Assembly: GCA_965116945.1 (NCBI GenBank) | Contig: OZ220734.1 | Location: 1,906,709 to 1,970,708 of the forward strand | Source: Dehalococcoidia bacterium | GTDB taxonomy: Bacteria > Chloroflexota > Dehalococcoidia > Plut-88900 | Reading direction: 5' to 3' | Length of the DNA: 64,000 nucleotides | In this document: in pieces, positions 48,708 to 58,885 of the stretch | How the letters are laid out: every line of letters starts with the position of its first letter | Numbering within the stretch: position 1 is the first letter of the stretch | Position numbers and translations under genes: made by a program | Notes under the pieces: generated by a model | Database searches by the model: none | Seen by the model: the letters and a program-made list of their open reading frames with translations, nothing else | Told to the model about the DNA's origin: nothing

Positions 48708-49643
48708 ATGCCCTTTCTACGGCTCAGAAGACGGAAGGAAAAGACTGAGGAGAGCCTCCAGCGCACCAAGCGAGGCTTTTTTCGGCGAATAGTCGGTGTA
48801 TTCAGTTCTACGAAGATCGACGAAGAGTTCTGGGAGACCCTTGAAGAATCAATGATAGCCGCGGATGTCGGGGTCCAGACTTCTACCCGACTCTCCGAAT
48901 CTCTTAGAGAACGAGTCAAGAGAGACCGTATCTCCAATCCCGAAGAAATCCGTGCTGCCCTCCGCGAGGAAATTGCCGCCATCCTGTCCAGGGCTACCGG
49001 TAATGGAGAGTTTCTGTCGTCGGTGAATGGTGGCCCGGGCATCGTTCTGGTGGTGGGGGTGAACGGCGGGGGAAAGACCACATCTATAGGTAAGCTGGCC
49101 CAGGCCTACACCGCCGAGGGGCAGAGCGTCGTTCTTGCTGCGGCTGACACATTCCGGGCCGCAGCTATCGAGCAGCTGGAGGTGTGGGGGCAGAGGACGG
49201 GGGCCCAGGTCATTTCCCATCAGCAGGGCTCTGATCCTGGAGCCGTGACCTTTGATGCCTTGAGCAGCGCCCGAAACAGGAAGGCCGACCTGGTAATAGT
49301 CGACACCGCAGGACGGCTGCACACGAAGTTCAACCTGATGCAGGAGCTTCAGAAGATCAAGAGAGTGGTGAGCCGCTTCGATCCCTCTGCTCCCCACGAG
49401 GTGATTCTGGTGCTAGATGCGGTAACGGGCCAGAACGCTGTTATCCAGGCCAAACAGTTCATAGAATCAGCTGGGGTCACCGGGATTTTTCTTGCCAAGC
49501 TGGACGGCTCGGCCAAGGGGGGTGTCGTCCTCAGCATTTGCGATGAGCTGGGTATACCCATCAGGTTCATTGGTACTGGCGAAGGCCCCGACGACATAGC
49601 CCCCTTCGATGCCGAGGAGTTCGCCGCAGCACTTCTGGATTGA
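48708..49643 (+). CDS. ftsY: signal recognition particle receptor FtsY
   Basis: [23 protein letters not shown]-GTPase NG domain. Confidence 0.9.
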   Translation: MPFLRLRRRKEKTEESLQRTKRGFFRRIVGVFSSTKIDEEFWETLEESMIAADVGVQTSTRLSESLRERVKRDRISNPEEIRAALREEIAAILSRATGNGEFLSSVNGGPGIVLVVGVNGGGKTTSIGKLAQAYTAEGQSVVLAAADTFRAAAIEQLEVWGQRTGAQVISHQQGSDPGAVTFDALSSARNRKADLVIVDTAGRLHTKFNLMQELQKIKRVVSRFDPSAPHEVILVLDAVTGQNAVIQAKQFIESAGVTGIFLAKLDGSAKGGVVLSICDELGIPIRFIGTGEGPDDIAPFDAEEFAAALLD

Positions 49644-49682
49644 CTATTTCCCCCTCCCTTGCCATCAAGATAAACCGATTCG

Positions 49683-52145
49683 ATGCGTCCGCCACAGGCG
49701 GGCGCATCGGCTTATTGGGTATTATGGGTCGACAATTATGAGCCCGGTCAGCCCGACATGATCGACTTCATTGCCTGGGCCCTCACCGTCGAGGCCCTGG
49801 GCCTCATCGCCCTGCCAATCACCTTTGTCCTTTTCTCCCGCCTCCCGTATGGCGGATACGCATTCGCGAAACCCCTGGGGATTCTTCTGTTCAGCTTCCT
49901 GGTCTGGGTAGTTGGGTTTACGGGTATCGTCCCGCTAAATCGTGTTTGGGTGTCGGTGCTGGCTGTCGTGCTGATGGCGGGATCCATGCTGGTAGTCAAG
50001 GACAGAATCCCCGAGTTCCTCGCATACCTGAGGTCCCGAAGGTGGACGATCGTCGCCGTGGACGTGGTGTTCGTGGGAGCCCTGGTCCTTTGGGCTGTCG
50101 TGCGGTCTCATAACCCTTCCATCAGCCACACCGAGCAGCCTATGGACTTTGCCCTGCTCAACTCGGTGGTCAGGGCGGAATCCATGCCCCCCCAGGACCC
50201 CTGGCTCAGCGGTCACTCGGTGAGCTACTACTACTTCGGATACGTGATGCACGGGGTCTTGGCCAAGGTATCGGGCGTGGACCCCGCGGTGGCTTACAAC
50301 CTCGCTATTGCCTTGGTATTTTCACTGTCCTTTACAGCTGCCTTCGGCCTTGCCTCAGAGATGGTTGCTATGCACCGCAATGGCAAACAGTCCGGGTACA
50401 CCGCACCCTTGGGGGTCGGGCTGCTTGCCGGTCTTTTGATGGTGTGGGTGGGCAACTTTCAGGGAGTGGCGGAATCGGCCCGGTCACTAGGGATAGGAGG
50501 AGATAGCGTATGGGGATGGGTCGGGGTGGAGGGAGCTACGAGCGTGCCGGAGACCTCGTCCCTGTTCCCCAACGACTTCTGGTGGTGGTGGCGCAGCACC
50601 CGCGTCATTGACGCCGCCGACTCCTTCCCGGCGATCACGGAATTTCCCAGCTTCAGCTTCATCCTCGGAGACCTGCACCCCCATGTCATGTCATTGCCCT
50701 TCGTCATCCTGGCCCTTGCGCTAGGGTTGACGGCCCTCGCGTCAGGGGAAATCTTCGGCGCCCGATGGGTCAAGAATAATAAGGTCGCCTTTGTTGTTAT
50801 TGCCATGGCGTTAGGGTCGCTGGGCTTCCTCAATAGCTGGGACCTGCCCCTTGGCTTGAGCCTGTTTCTCATAACAACATTCATTGCCAGCCGACGGTCA
50901 GCGCAAACTTGGGGTCGAGACCAGACTAGAGATTGGCTGATTTTCGCTGGAGCCGTAGCGTCAGCCTCTTTCGTTCTCTACCTGCCTTTCTACCTTGGCG
51001 ACAGACCTTCTCCCCTATTCCCGTGGGTCCTTCCCCTTCAAGATGTCCACACCCGCTACATCGACTATTTCCTGGTACTGGGGCTCTTCCTTCTGATCGT
51101 TGTCCCATTCATCCTGTCCCTGGCATTCCGCTACCGGCACTCAGGTAGTTCAAGCAGCAGGGAATGGCGATGGGGCGCCTTGACCCTGTTCGCACCTCTT
51201 GCAGTATGGGCCGGGATAGTTCTTCTGACGGGTCTTGTGCAGGGAGAGACGGTGGAGAGCCTTGCAGAGATTGGGTGGCGCCTCCTGTGGACGCTGCCTC
51301 TTCTGGTGTTGGTAGGGCTGGCTATCTGGACAGCGCTCAGGCTCGGTTTGAATGCTGCAAGTGAAGCGAGGGCGCCGGCTATCTTTGCAGCAGTACTGGT
51401 GTTTGCAGGATTATTCGTCACCCTTGGCCCGGAACTCTTCCGCATTGTCGACGTTTTCGGTAACAGGATGAATACGGTCTTTAAGTTGTACTACCAGGCC
51501 TGGATTTTGCTGGCGGTGGCATCCGCCTTCGCGCTCTATTACCTTTTCGTCAGCTGGAACAAGTCCAGTCCCCTGGCCCGGGCCGCGGGCGCATCGGCCA
51601 CAGGGCTGGTAGCATTGCTGATAGTGGCTTCTTCCATGTACTCCTTCGGTGCCATAGATGACAAGGCCGACTCCTTTGCCGGATCGCCTACCCTGAACGG
51701 TTTGGCCTTTCTCGGCTCTTCCGACTCTCCGGAACATCGGGCCTTGGAGTTCATTGCCAACGATTCGGACTCTGACTCAGTCGTGGTTGAAGCAGTTGCG
51801 GTTGATGACAGGGGCATACCGGGAGGCGACTACCGACTAGAATATGCCCGAGTGTCGGGACGCACCGGTGTGCCCACTGTTCTCGGGTGGGCGGGACACG
51901 AGGAGCAATGGCGCGGCAATCGTGTTGGGTTTCGGGAGAGAGCCGACGACGTGAAGACCATCTACACCGATCCCAACCCTATAATTGTCCGGGACCTGCT
52001 GGAAAAATACGGAATCGACTATGTCTACGTCGGAAGCCTGGAGAGAGACTTGTACGAGGTGCCCCCTACGGCAACCTTCGACATATTCATGGATCGAGCA
52101 TTCGTGTCGGGTGACATAGTCATCTACAAGGTGAGGCAGAATTGA
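49683..52145 (+). CDS. YYY-domain polytopic membrane protein (TIGR03662 Chloroflexi/archaeal family)
   Basis: 820 aa and highly hydrophobic, with the GHSVSYYYFGYVMHG motif. The alternative start MIDFIAW is at 49758. Confidence 0.7.
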   Translation: MRPPQAGASAYWVLWVDNYEPGQPDMIDFIAWALTVEALGLIALPITFVLFSRLPYGGYAFAKPLGILLFSFLVWVVGFTGIVPLNRVWVSVLAVVLMAGSMLVVKDRIPEFLAYLRSRRWTIVAVDVVFVGALVLWAVVRSHNPSISHTEQPMDFALLNSVVRAESMPPQDPWLSGHSVSYYYFGYVMHGVLAKVSGVDPAVAYNLAIALVFSLSFTAAFGLASEMVAMHRNGKQSGYTAPLGVGLLAGLLMVWVGNFQGVAESARSLGIGGDSVWGWVGVEGATSVPETSSLFPNDFWWWWRSTRVIDAADSFPAITEFPSFSFILGDLHPHVMSLPFVILALALGLTALASGEIFGARWVKNNKVAFVVIAMALGSLGFLNSWDLPLGLSLFLITTFIASRRSAQTWGRDQTRDWLIFAGAVASASFVLYLPFYLGDRPSPLFPWVLPLQDVHTRYIDYFLVLGLFLLIVVPFILSLAFRYRHSGSSSSREWRWGALTLFAPLAVWAGIVLLTGLVQGETVESLAEIGWRLLWTLPLLVLVGLAIWTALRLGLNAASEARAPAIFAAVLVFAGLFVTLGPELFRIVDVFGNRMNTVFKLYYQAWILLAVASAFALYYLFVSWNKSSPLARAAGASATGLVALLIVASSMYSFGAIDDKADSFAGSPTLNGLAFLGSSDSPEHRALEFIANDSDSDSVVVEAVAVDDRGIPGGDYRLEYARVSGRTGVPTVLGWAGHEEQWRGNRVGFRERADDVKTIYTDPNPIIVRDLLEKYGIDYVYVGSLERDLYEVPPTATFDIFMDRAFVSGDIVIYKVRQN

Positions 52146-54877
52146 CCGGCCCCGACCAAATGGACCCTACCCCGGCTCCCGGGTCTCCAGCCGCATTGTC
52201 GGCCCGGCTGAATGCCCGTCTACTTGGTTGGCTAGAGGGCGTCCCGGCTTGGGAAGTCTCGGTATACGTGGTTCTGGTAGCGTTGGCCGCGCTAACCCGG
52301 TTCTGGGACCTCGGGACCCGGGCAATGCACCATGATGAGAGCATTCACGCCTTCTTCGCCCTGGAATTCCTGGGAGCATACGAACATAACCCCCTGACCC
52401 ACGGTCCCTTCCAGTTCTTCGGCATCAACCTGTTTTTCAATATTTTCGGAGAAAGCGAGGTCACAGCCCGAGGCCTGGCCGCGGTGTCGGGGGTGCTTTT
52501 GGTCGGGCTCCCGTTCTTCCTGCGCAACTACCTCGGCCGCTGGACCTGCATGCTGGCAAGCCTGATGTTCCTCCTCTCTCCTACCATCCTCTACTTCACC
52601 CGCTTCGCCCGTAACGACGCATACATGGCCGTCTGGACCTTGCTGCTAATAGTGTTCATGTGGAAATTCTCGTCAGGTCGAAAGGCAAGATACCTGTACG
52701 CAGCCGCCGCTGTATTGAGTCTGGCTTTCGCCACAAAAGAGAACACCTTCATCCTGATGGTCATCCTGGCCGGCTTCTTCTTCCTGCTCTGGCTGAAGGG
52801 CATGGAAGACCCAACCGAACCCGACAAAGAGACTCCTCAAGAGGTCCTTAAATCGGGTGCCCCCCAAATGCTCCTTAAAACCATAGAGACCGTTAGAGCT
52901 GCCGCTGTCTGGCTGTGGCCACGCATCGCACCCTACCCCTTGGTCTTCACCCTGTTCCTGGCATGGATCGTTTCGGCTATCTTCTGGTCATTTGACATAT
53001 ATGACGTCTTCGGCAGGGTCAACCTCACCTTCAGCCTGGTCTCCTTGGGCATCGCCATAGGCCTTTACGTAGCATTGGTACCCTGGCTCGTAATACTGCG
53101 CAAGTCCCGACTCCATTCAAGATTGGAGTTCCGGGGAGTCGCCGACCGATTCCCCCTGATCGAACGCCTGCGCCGGACCCCCTGGCCCTTGCTTGTCTTA
53201 CTCCCAATGCCCCTGATGGGCGCCGCTCTGGGCGTTTTCCAGGAGCCCCTTGGCCTCACCCTTGCCAACCCCAATGCTTTCGGGGGTGGCGGTGAGCATC
53301 ACGTCGCCGGCATCCCCGATGGCGCCCCTGCGGGCAACATCAGCCTTGCCATGGCCCTTGGCATTACCGTTTACCTATTCGCCGCCAGCTTCTATATCGG
53401 CATCAAGTGGGACCGGAAGAAATTCCTGATAGCCGGCGCGATCTTCTGGTCGATATTTCTCGTCCTATTCACCACCTTCTTCACCAACACGGCACAAGGC
53501 TTGGGGAGCGGCCTGTGGCAGTCCCTCGGGTACTGGGTTGCTCAGCAGGAAGTCCGGCGCGGGGCTCAACCCTGGTACTACTACCTGGTTATGACCACGG
53601 TCTACGAATTCCTCGCCCTGGCCCTCGTCCTCGCTGGTGGAGTATGGCTCGCATTTAGGAATAGAACTTCTTGGAAGCCAAGCCTGCTGGTCTACCAGGG
53701 GTTCTTCTGGGCGATTGCCGCAGCTCTCGTACTGTATACCTACTGGATGCCCTCCGCCCCCGCCTCCCGACTCACCATTGGCACAATCCTGATTCTCGGG
53801 GCGGCCTTCGTTCTGTTCACCTACCAGTTTGCCTTCGACAAGTTTTTCCTGCGAAGCAGGCTACTGGTCGCCAACCTGGCAGTCCTCCTTCTTTTGGTTA
53901 TCAACTGGGAAGTCCCGAGAATTATCGAGGCCACGGGCGTGGGAACCGTCGCTAGCTTCGACTCGGCCCGGGAACCATTTAACGCCGTAGTCCTCTTCGC
54001 TACCCTCTTGATCATCACTTACAAGTCCCTCACACGGGAGAACCGATTTGACGCATTCCTCGTCTTTTGGCTCGCGGCAACCCTCGTCCTCTATTCGTCC
54101 GCCGGCGAGAAGATGCCCTGGCTGATGGTCCACACTGCCCTCCCCATAATCCTGCTAGCGGCCAGGCTGGTGGGGAGAGCTATTGAAGGCGTTGACTGGA
54201 AGGCCCCCCTCAATCTCCGTTGGGCCGCGGCGTTGATTGGGGTACTGGCCTTGTCCCTTGTCGGCTTCCATTCGACGCGTGTGGCGGTGGATGCCGCCTA
54301 TGGTCTCGGACGGCCCGGGACAGGGGATTACCCCATCGAAATGCTGGTTTATACCCAGACCACACCCGACATCACCCGAACAATGGCCAGCATCGAAGAA
54401 CGGGCCAGTGAGACCGGCCAGGGATTCGAACTGCCCATTATCATCGACAGAACCAGCGGCTTCGGTTATCCGTGGCGCTGGTACCTGCGAGATTATACGA
54501 ATGTGCATTGGCCCTGCTACGACTCCGAGACCTCTGATGCAACGTGCTCGGCACTAAATGAGCCTCCTGGAGCCGAAGTAATTGTCATGCACTACAGGAA
54601 CGAAATCGCCGCCACCGAATATCTCTCCGAATTTGACGAGGGAGAGCGGATAGGACACAGGGCGTGGTTCCCTGAATTCGCCACGTACAAGAGCGGGTCC
54701 AATCCCTTGCCCTTGGGCACATTCGTTAGCGCACTGGGTGACGGGGGATCATGGCGTCAGTGGTGGGACTACTTCGTCGATCGGGAACTTGCGGAAGGCA
54801 AACAGGTCGGCTCTGAGGATGCGATTGTGTTCTTCCGCCTCGGCCCCGAGCCTTTTGTAGAGGATGAGGAGCAATAG
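52142..54877 (+). CDS. TIGR03663-family membrane protein (GT39/ArnT/PMT-like glycosyltransferase fold)
   Basis: RFWDLGTRAMHHDESIHAFF N-terminal motif; 911 aa polytopic; the start overlaps the upstream stop. Confidence 0.7.
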   Translation: MTGPDQMDPTPAPGSPAALSARLNARLLGWLEGVPAWEVSVYVVLVALAALTRFWDLGTRAMHHDESIHAFFALEFLGAYEHNPLTHGPFQFFGINLFFNIFGESEVTARGLAAVSGVLLVGLPFFLRNYLGRWTCMLASLMFLLSPTILYFTRFARNDAYMAVWTLLLIVFMWKFSSGRKARYLYAAAAVLSLAFATKENTFILMVILAGFFFLLWLKGMEDPTEPDKETPQEVLKSGAPQMLLKTIETVRAAAVWLWPRIAPYPLVFTLFLAWIVSAIFWSFDIYDVFGRVNLTFSLVSLGIAIGLYVALVPWLVILRKSRLHSRLEFRGVADRFPLIERLRRTPWPLLVLLPMPLMGAALGVFQEPLGLTLANPNAFGGGGEHHVAGIPDGAPAGNISLAMALGITVYLFAASFYIGIKWDRKKFLIAGAIFWSIFLVLFTTFFTNTAQGLGSGLWQSLGYWVAQQEVRRGAQPWYYYLVMTTVYEFLALALVLAGGVWLAFRNRTSWKPSLLVYQGFFWAIAAALVLYTYWMPSAPASRLTIGTILILGAAFVLFTYQFAFDKFFLRSRLLVANLAVLLLLVINWEVPRIIEATGVGTVASFDSAREPFNAVVLFATLLIITYKSLTRENRFDAFLVFWLAATLVLYSSAGEKMPWLMVHTALPIILLAARLVGRAIEGVDWKAPLNLRWAAALIGVLALSLVGFHSTRVAVDAAYGLGRPGTGDYPIEMLVYTQTTPDITRTMASIEERASETGQGFELPIIIDRTSGFGYPWRWYLRDYTNVHWPCYDSETSDATCSALNEPPGAEVIVMHYRNEIAATEYLSEFDEGERIGHRAWFPEFATYKSGSNPLPLGTFVSALGDGGSWRQWWDYFVDRELAEGKQVGSEDAIVFFRLGPEPFVEDEEQ

Positions 54878-55009
54878 ACGTCCATTTGCCCCTCCGAGTC
54901 GGCCTTCCTATAATTGAATGACCATCAGTGAATACTGAAACCATACCGGCAGACCGCAAGCCTCGCCGACCCGTTATGAAACCACTTCCACTTCAAGGCA
55001 CGCCAGTCA

Positions 55010-56077
55010 TTGCTAAAATCTAAGAAGCTCTGGCTCGGCCTGGTCGTAAGCGCGCTTTTCCTTACCCTCTTCCTCTACCGTATCGACTATTCCGAAACCT
55101 GGGACGCGCTCCGCGGCGCCAATTACCTGTATGTCCTGCCGGCCATCGCCGTATACTTCGGGTCGCTCTGGTTCAGGACTATACGTTGGCAGTACCTGAT
55201 GAAGCACCTCACCGAGGTCTCGGTGGCCCGACTCTACCCCGTCACCATAGTGGGTTACATGGCCAACAATATCCTGCCCGTGCGCCTCGGGGAAATCGTC
55301 CGCTCCTACTATCTGTCCACCCGGGAGCGAATCAGCACGACATCGGCCCTTGGCACCGTGGGCGTAGACCGCGTCTTTGACGGTCTTACCCTGATTTTCT
55401 TCCTGCTCGTTATCTGGCCCTTCCTTCCCCTTGCAGACATTCTGAAGAACGATGCCGGCGATGTAATCTGGAGCAGGGTGGTGGGCAGCGCAGTCGTATT
55501 CGCGGTGTTCCTTGGTGGGATAGTTGTCTTCGTGGCCCTCGCCGTCAGGCCGGGCCTTACCTCCTTCACCGTAAGAACGCTGCTTATCTTCGTGCCGGGT
55601 CGATTCAGAGCACTAATCAAAGGACTGGCCGAGACCTTTATTGAGGGTCTCGGGTCTCTCGGCAGCGCCAGGAAACTCTTTGTCATTTTCATTCTCTCGC
55701 TGCCAATATGGATCATGGAGTGCCTGATGTACTACCTGATCACACTCTCCTTTGATCAGTTTGACGTTTCCTTTGCTCTGGCCATGGTTGTGACCGCTAC
55801 CTCCAATTTGGTCGGGGCACTACCCGCTGCGCCCGGAAACGTCGGAACATTCGAATGGGCCATCAAGATTACCCTGGTTGCCTTTGGCTTCAACCCCGAG
55901 ATCACAGTTGCCTACGCAGCGACCCTCCACGTGGTGCTGTGGTTGCCCGTCGTGGTGGCCGGAGTAATGTATCTTTGGCTCGAACACCGTTCCCTTATGG
56001 AGCTTGTTCGTGGGGGAACGCCAGCTGCGGCCGTGGCCGGAGGCAACATCTCCATGGAAGGAGAAAACAAGGATTGA
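55010..56077 (+). CDS. flippase-like domain protein (UPF0104 / LPG-synthase TM-region family)
   Basis: TTG start; LYRIDYSETWDALRGANYLYVLPAI...WFRTIRWQYLM is typical of TIGR00374. Confidence 0.7.
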   Translation: MLKSKKLWLGLVVSALFLTLFLYRIDYSETWDALRGANYLYVLPAIAVYFGSLWFRTIRWQYLMKHLTEVSVARLYPVTIVGYMANNILPVRLGEIVRSYYLSTRERISTTSALGTVGVDRVFDGLTLIFFLLVIWPFLPLADILKNDAGDVIWSRVVGSAVVFAVFLGGIVVFVALAVRPGLTSFTVRTLLIFVPGRFRALIKGLAETFIEGLGSLGSARKLFVIFILSLPIWIMECLMYYLITLSFDQFDVSFALAMVVTATSNLVGALPAAPGNVGTFEWAIKITLVAFGFNPEITVAYAATLHVVLWLPVVVAGVMYLWLEHRSLMELVRGGTPAAAVAGGNISMEGENKD

Positions 56078-57396
56078 AAATAGGAGTCATCGGTGCGGGA
56101 GCCGCGGGTTTGGCGGCAGCCTACGAGTTGCTAAAAAGAGGCCATAACGTCCATGTCTACGAGGCTGCCCCATTCGTCGGCGGCCAGGCCTCGACATTCG
56201 ACGTCGGGGGTGGAAGGCTGGAACGGGGCTACCACCACCTCTTCAAAAGCGACACCTACATGGTGGACCTCATCCACGAACTCGGCCTCGGCGACAAGCT
56301 GGCCTGGATTGAGTCCAAGGTCGGGTTCTACCACGATGGCACCATTTACAACTTCGTGACACCCTTCGACCTGCTCAAATTCAAACCTCTGAGCCTGATC
56401 AACCGCATTCGCCTGGGCCTCGTGACCCTCTACCTTCAGAAGACAGGAAACTGGAAGAAATTCGAGAACGTCACGGCAAGGGATTGGGTAATAAAGTGGG
56501 CCGGACGTCAGGCCTACGACGTGGTCTGGGGCCCACTCCTCAGGGGCAAGTTCGGGGCCAGCGCTGATGAAATTAGCATGGCCTGGCTCTGGGGCAAGAT
56601 CTACCTAAGGGTCGCCTCCCGAGACAAGAGCCTCCAGAAAGAACGGCTCGGCTATCCGATGGGCAGCTTTGGCGAGGTTTTCGAGGTTCTCACCGAGCGT
56701 ATTGAGCAGATGGGCGGAGAGGTCCACTTGTCCACCCCCGTGACCCGGGTCATTGTGGAGAATAATCGGGCCACGGGTCTGGAGATTAAGAGATCGAATG
56801 GAGAGGCAGCCACCGAGAACTTCGACCTGATAATATCGACAACGCCGTCCTACATCTTCCCCAGGCTCGTCCCCGAACTCCCCAACGACTACACCGAGAC
56901 CCTGACCAGAATCAAGTATCATGCCGCAATTCTGGTAGTCATGGTTCTGAAGAAGTCCCTGTCCCACATCTACTGGATGAACATTAGCGGATACAAGACC
57001 CCGTTCCTCGCCGTCATAGAGCACACCAACTTCATCGACAAGTCCCACTACGGCGGCAAACACCTCGTCTATCTCAGTAACTACCTTGGCAAGGAAAGCC
57101 CCATGTATTCGATGAGCCGGGAAGAGCTGATGGCCGAGTACCTGCCTCACCTAAAACGCCTCAACCCCGACTTCGAAGAGTCCTGGATTGAGGAGTATTA
57201 CTATCACAGGGAAGAGGCCGCACAGCCTATCGTAACCACCAACTATGGCGAGAAGATTCCCGCCCACCGAACCCCCATCGACAGGCTTTATCTCGCCAAT
57301 ACCACCCAGATCTACCCCGAAGACCGGGGCACCAACTACTCCATCCGCCTCGGCCAACGGATCGCAAAGCTGGTTTTGGAAGAAAACGCTGGCTAA
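56074..57396 (+). CDS. NAD(P)/FAD-dependent oxidoreductase (amine oxidase / phytoene desaturase-like)
   Basis: (M)KIGVIGAGAAGLAAAYELLKRGHNVHVYEAAPFVGGQAS dinucleotide-binding motif. The TTG start overlaps the previous stop (TTGA). Confidence 0.75.
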   Translation: MKIGVIGAGAAGLAAAYELLKRGHNVHVYEAAPFVGGQASTFDVGGGRLERGYHHLFKSDTYMVDLIHELGLGDKLAWIESKVGFYHDGTIYNFVTPFDLLKFKPLSLINRIRLGLVTLYLQKTGNWKKFENVTARDWVIKWAGRQAYDVVWGPLLRGKFGASADEISMAWLWGKIYLRVASRDKSLQKERLGYPMGSFGEVFEVLTERIEQMGGEVHLSTPVTRVIVENNRATGLEIKRSNGEAATENFDLIISTTPSYIFPRLVPELPNDYTETLTRIKYHAAILVVMVLKKSLSHIYWMNISGYKTPFLAVIEHTNFIDKSHYGGKHLVYLSNYLGKESPMYSMSREELMAEYLPHLKRLNPDFEESWIEEYYYHREEAAQPIVTTNYGEKIPAHRTPIDRLYLANTTQIYPEDRGTNYSIRLGQRIAKLVLEENAG

Positions 57397-57486
57397 GTGC
57401 AGCATCGAGGCTCAACACTACACCCGCCGGCGAAGCCCCATCCCCCCCGACCAGGAATCCCTGCCCATTTTTCCCGCTATTGAACT

Positions 57487-57533
57487 AGGGGTAGAGGTTA
57501 GCGCTTTTGCGCCAACCTCTACCCCTGTTTTTC
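57487..57533 (+). terminator. rho-independent terminator after the envelope-gene cluster
   Basis: AGGGGTAGAGGTTAGCGC-tttt-GCGCCAACCTCTACCCCT followed by GTTTTTCT. Confidence 0.7.
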
Positions 57534-57550
57534 TCCCCCCTCTCCCTCCA

Positions 57551-57803
57551 AAAGTGGGACATTTGCCCCTTGACACCACTAAAACACCCGTTCTATAATG
57601 CCCCCAGTCTAGACCTCACACCCACCCCAAGGAGGAACCCAAAAACCCAGGGAAGCCCCCGAGACCCCACCCGAGGACTCAACGCCCTAGCCCATCCCAA
57701 CGGCCCTCGCGCAGGCCTGCGGCACAAGCGAACGTCGCCATCTCCTCATCCCGCTGGGTCCCGTGTCCTTTCCCTGGTCGTCAGGCGATGGAAAGACGCC
57801 CTG
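57551..57803 (+). promoter_or_regulatory. consensus sigma70 promoter plus conserved ~250 nt leader module (copy C), reading toward the fds operon
   Basis: TTGACA 57570..57575, 18-nt spacer, TATAAT 57594..57599. The upstream AAAGTGGGACATTTGCCCC and the downstream ~200 nt are near-identical to the reverse complement of 3300..3594. Confidence 0.5.
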
Positions 57804-58381
57804 GATAGAGCCACAGCGGATCGGCCATCCCCCGCCGAGGCGGTAGTCTCGGAGGCTGGTTAGCAGCGAGCTTACGCTATATCAAGCAGGGGTGGCGGGC
57901 CGGCTACCCCCGACCGGGACTGGATCCCGGAGGTCGGCCCGCCGGCGAGCTTGCGCCATATATCAAGCAAGGGGTCGCTGGGCCGCCTTGACCCTCGGGG
58001 GGCCCACGTAACACATGATGTCTGAGGGGGCCACAGCCCGATCACTGGCCCCCGCCATGCCTGCGGGCATTCAGAAGTGGGGTCAAGGCCCGGTTGTCTG
58101 CCCGGACAACTGGAGCACACATCGAGCGCTAGGGCGCGGCCGGCTGCAATCCGCCCTCGTGGCGGACCTCCAAGGCCCCCTACAGCCGGAACACCGCATT
58201 AGAGTAGAGGCCAACGGCTCACCAGGCGTCTTCCATCGCCAACCCTAAACCCGACAGACAACCCGAAAACCCCAAACCCTACAACTGAATAAGAACCCGG
58301 AGTGTTAGGAACCCTCGCAAACCGCCATGCCCTCCTTGAACGCCTTCTGTGTGTAGGGCATAATAGTGCGCAAGTTCACAC

Positions 58382-58870
58382 TTGGAGCAAGCGCAACCCC
58401 CCATGACGGCAACGGCCTCTACGACAGATAGAGTCAACCAGGCCCTTAATCAACAGGTCAAAGACGAAGTTACCGTTCTCTCATCCCTGATTTACGTTCA
58501 GGAGGAGTTCGGGTTCTTGCCCCCCGAGTCCATCCCCCTGGTAGCGGACTTCACCGACGCCTCCATCAACGACGTGTTCGGCGTCGCGACCTTCTATACC
58601 CACTTCCGCTTCACCCCACCCGGGCCCCACACCGTAGAAGTCTGCTGGGGCCCGTCCTGTCACGTCCGCGGCGCCGCCGAGGTGATGTCGGCGGTAAAGG
58701 CCGAATTGGGCATGGAAGAAGAAGGCACTACGAAGGACGGTCAGGTTACCTGGAAGAGGTCGTCCTGTGCCGCTGCCTGTGCCCACGGGCCCGTGGCTAT
58801 GGTCGACGAGATGATCTACGGAGACCTCACCCCCGAGGCCGCAGTACAGCTCATTAAGGACGTCCGGTAA
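58382..58870 (+). CDS. fdsG: NuoE-like 2Fe-2S subunit (FdsG/HoxE-type)
   Basis: VCWGPSCHVRGAAEV...CAAACAHGPVAMVDE thioredoxin-like [2Fe-2S] ferredoxin. Confidence 0.8.
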   Translation: MEQAQPPMTATASTTDRVNQALNQQVKDEVTVLSSLIYVQEEFGFLPPESIPLVADFTDASINDVFGVATFYTHFRFTPPGPHTVEVCWGPSCHVRGAAEVMSAVKAELGMEEEGTTKDGQVTWKRSSCAAACAHGPVAMVDEMIYGDLTPEAAVQLIKDVR

Positions 58871-58885
58871 GGTCATTTACACACC

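Noticed and set aside
3300-57803. Idea that the two inverted copies of the 250-bp module are terminal inverted repeats of a 54-kb composite transposon or genomic island
   Set aside because: The copies point outward from each other, no transposase or integrase lies between them, and the intervening 54 kb is a mix of housekeeping and catabolic genes with normal composition.
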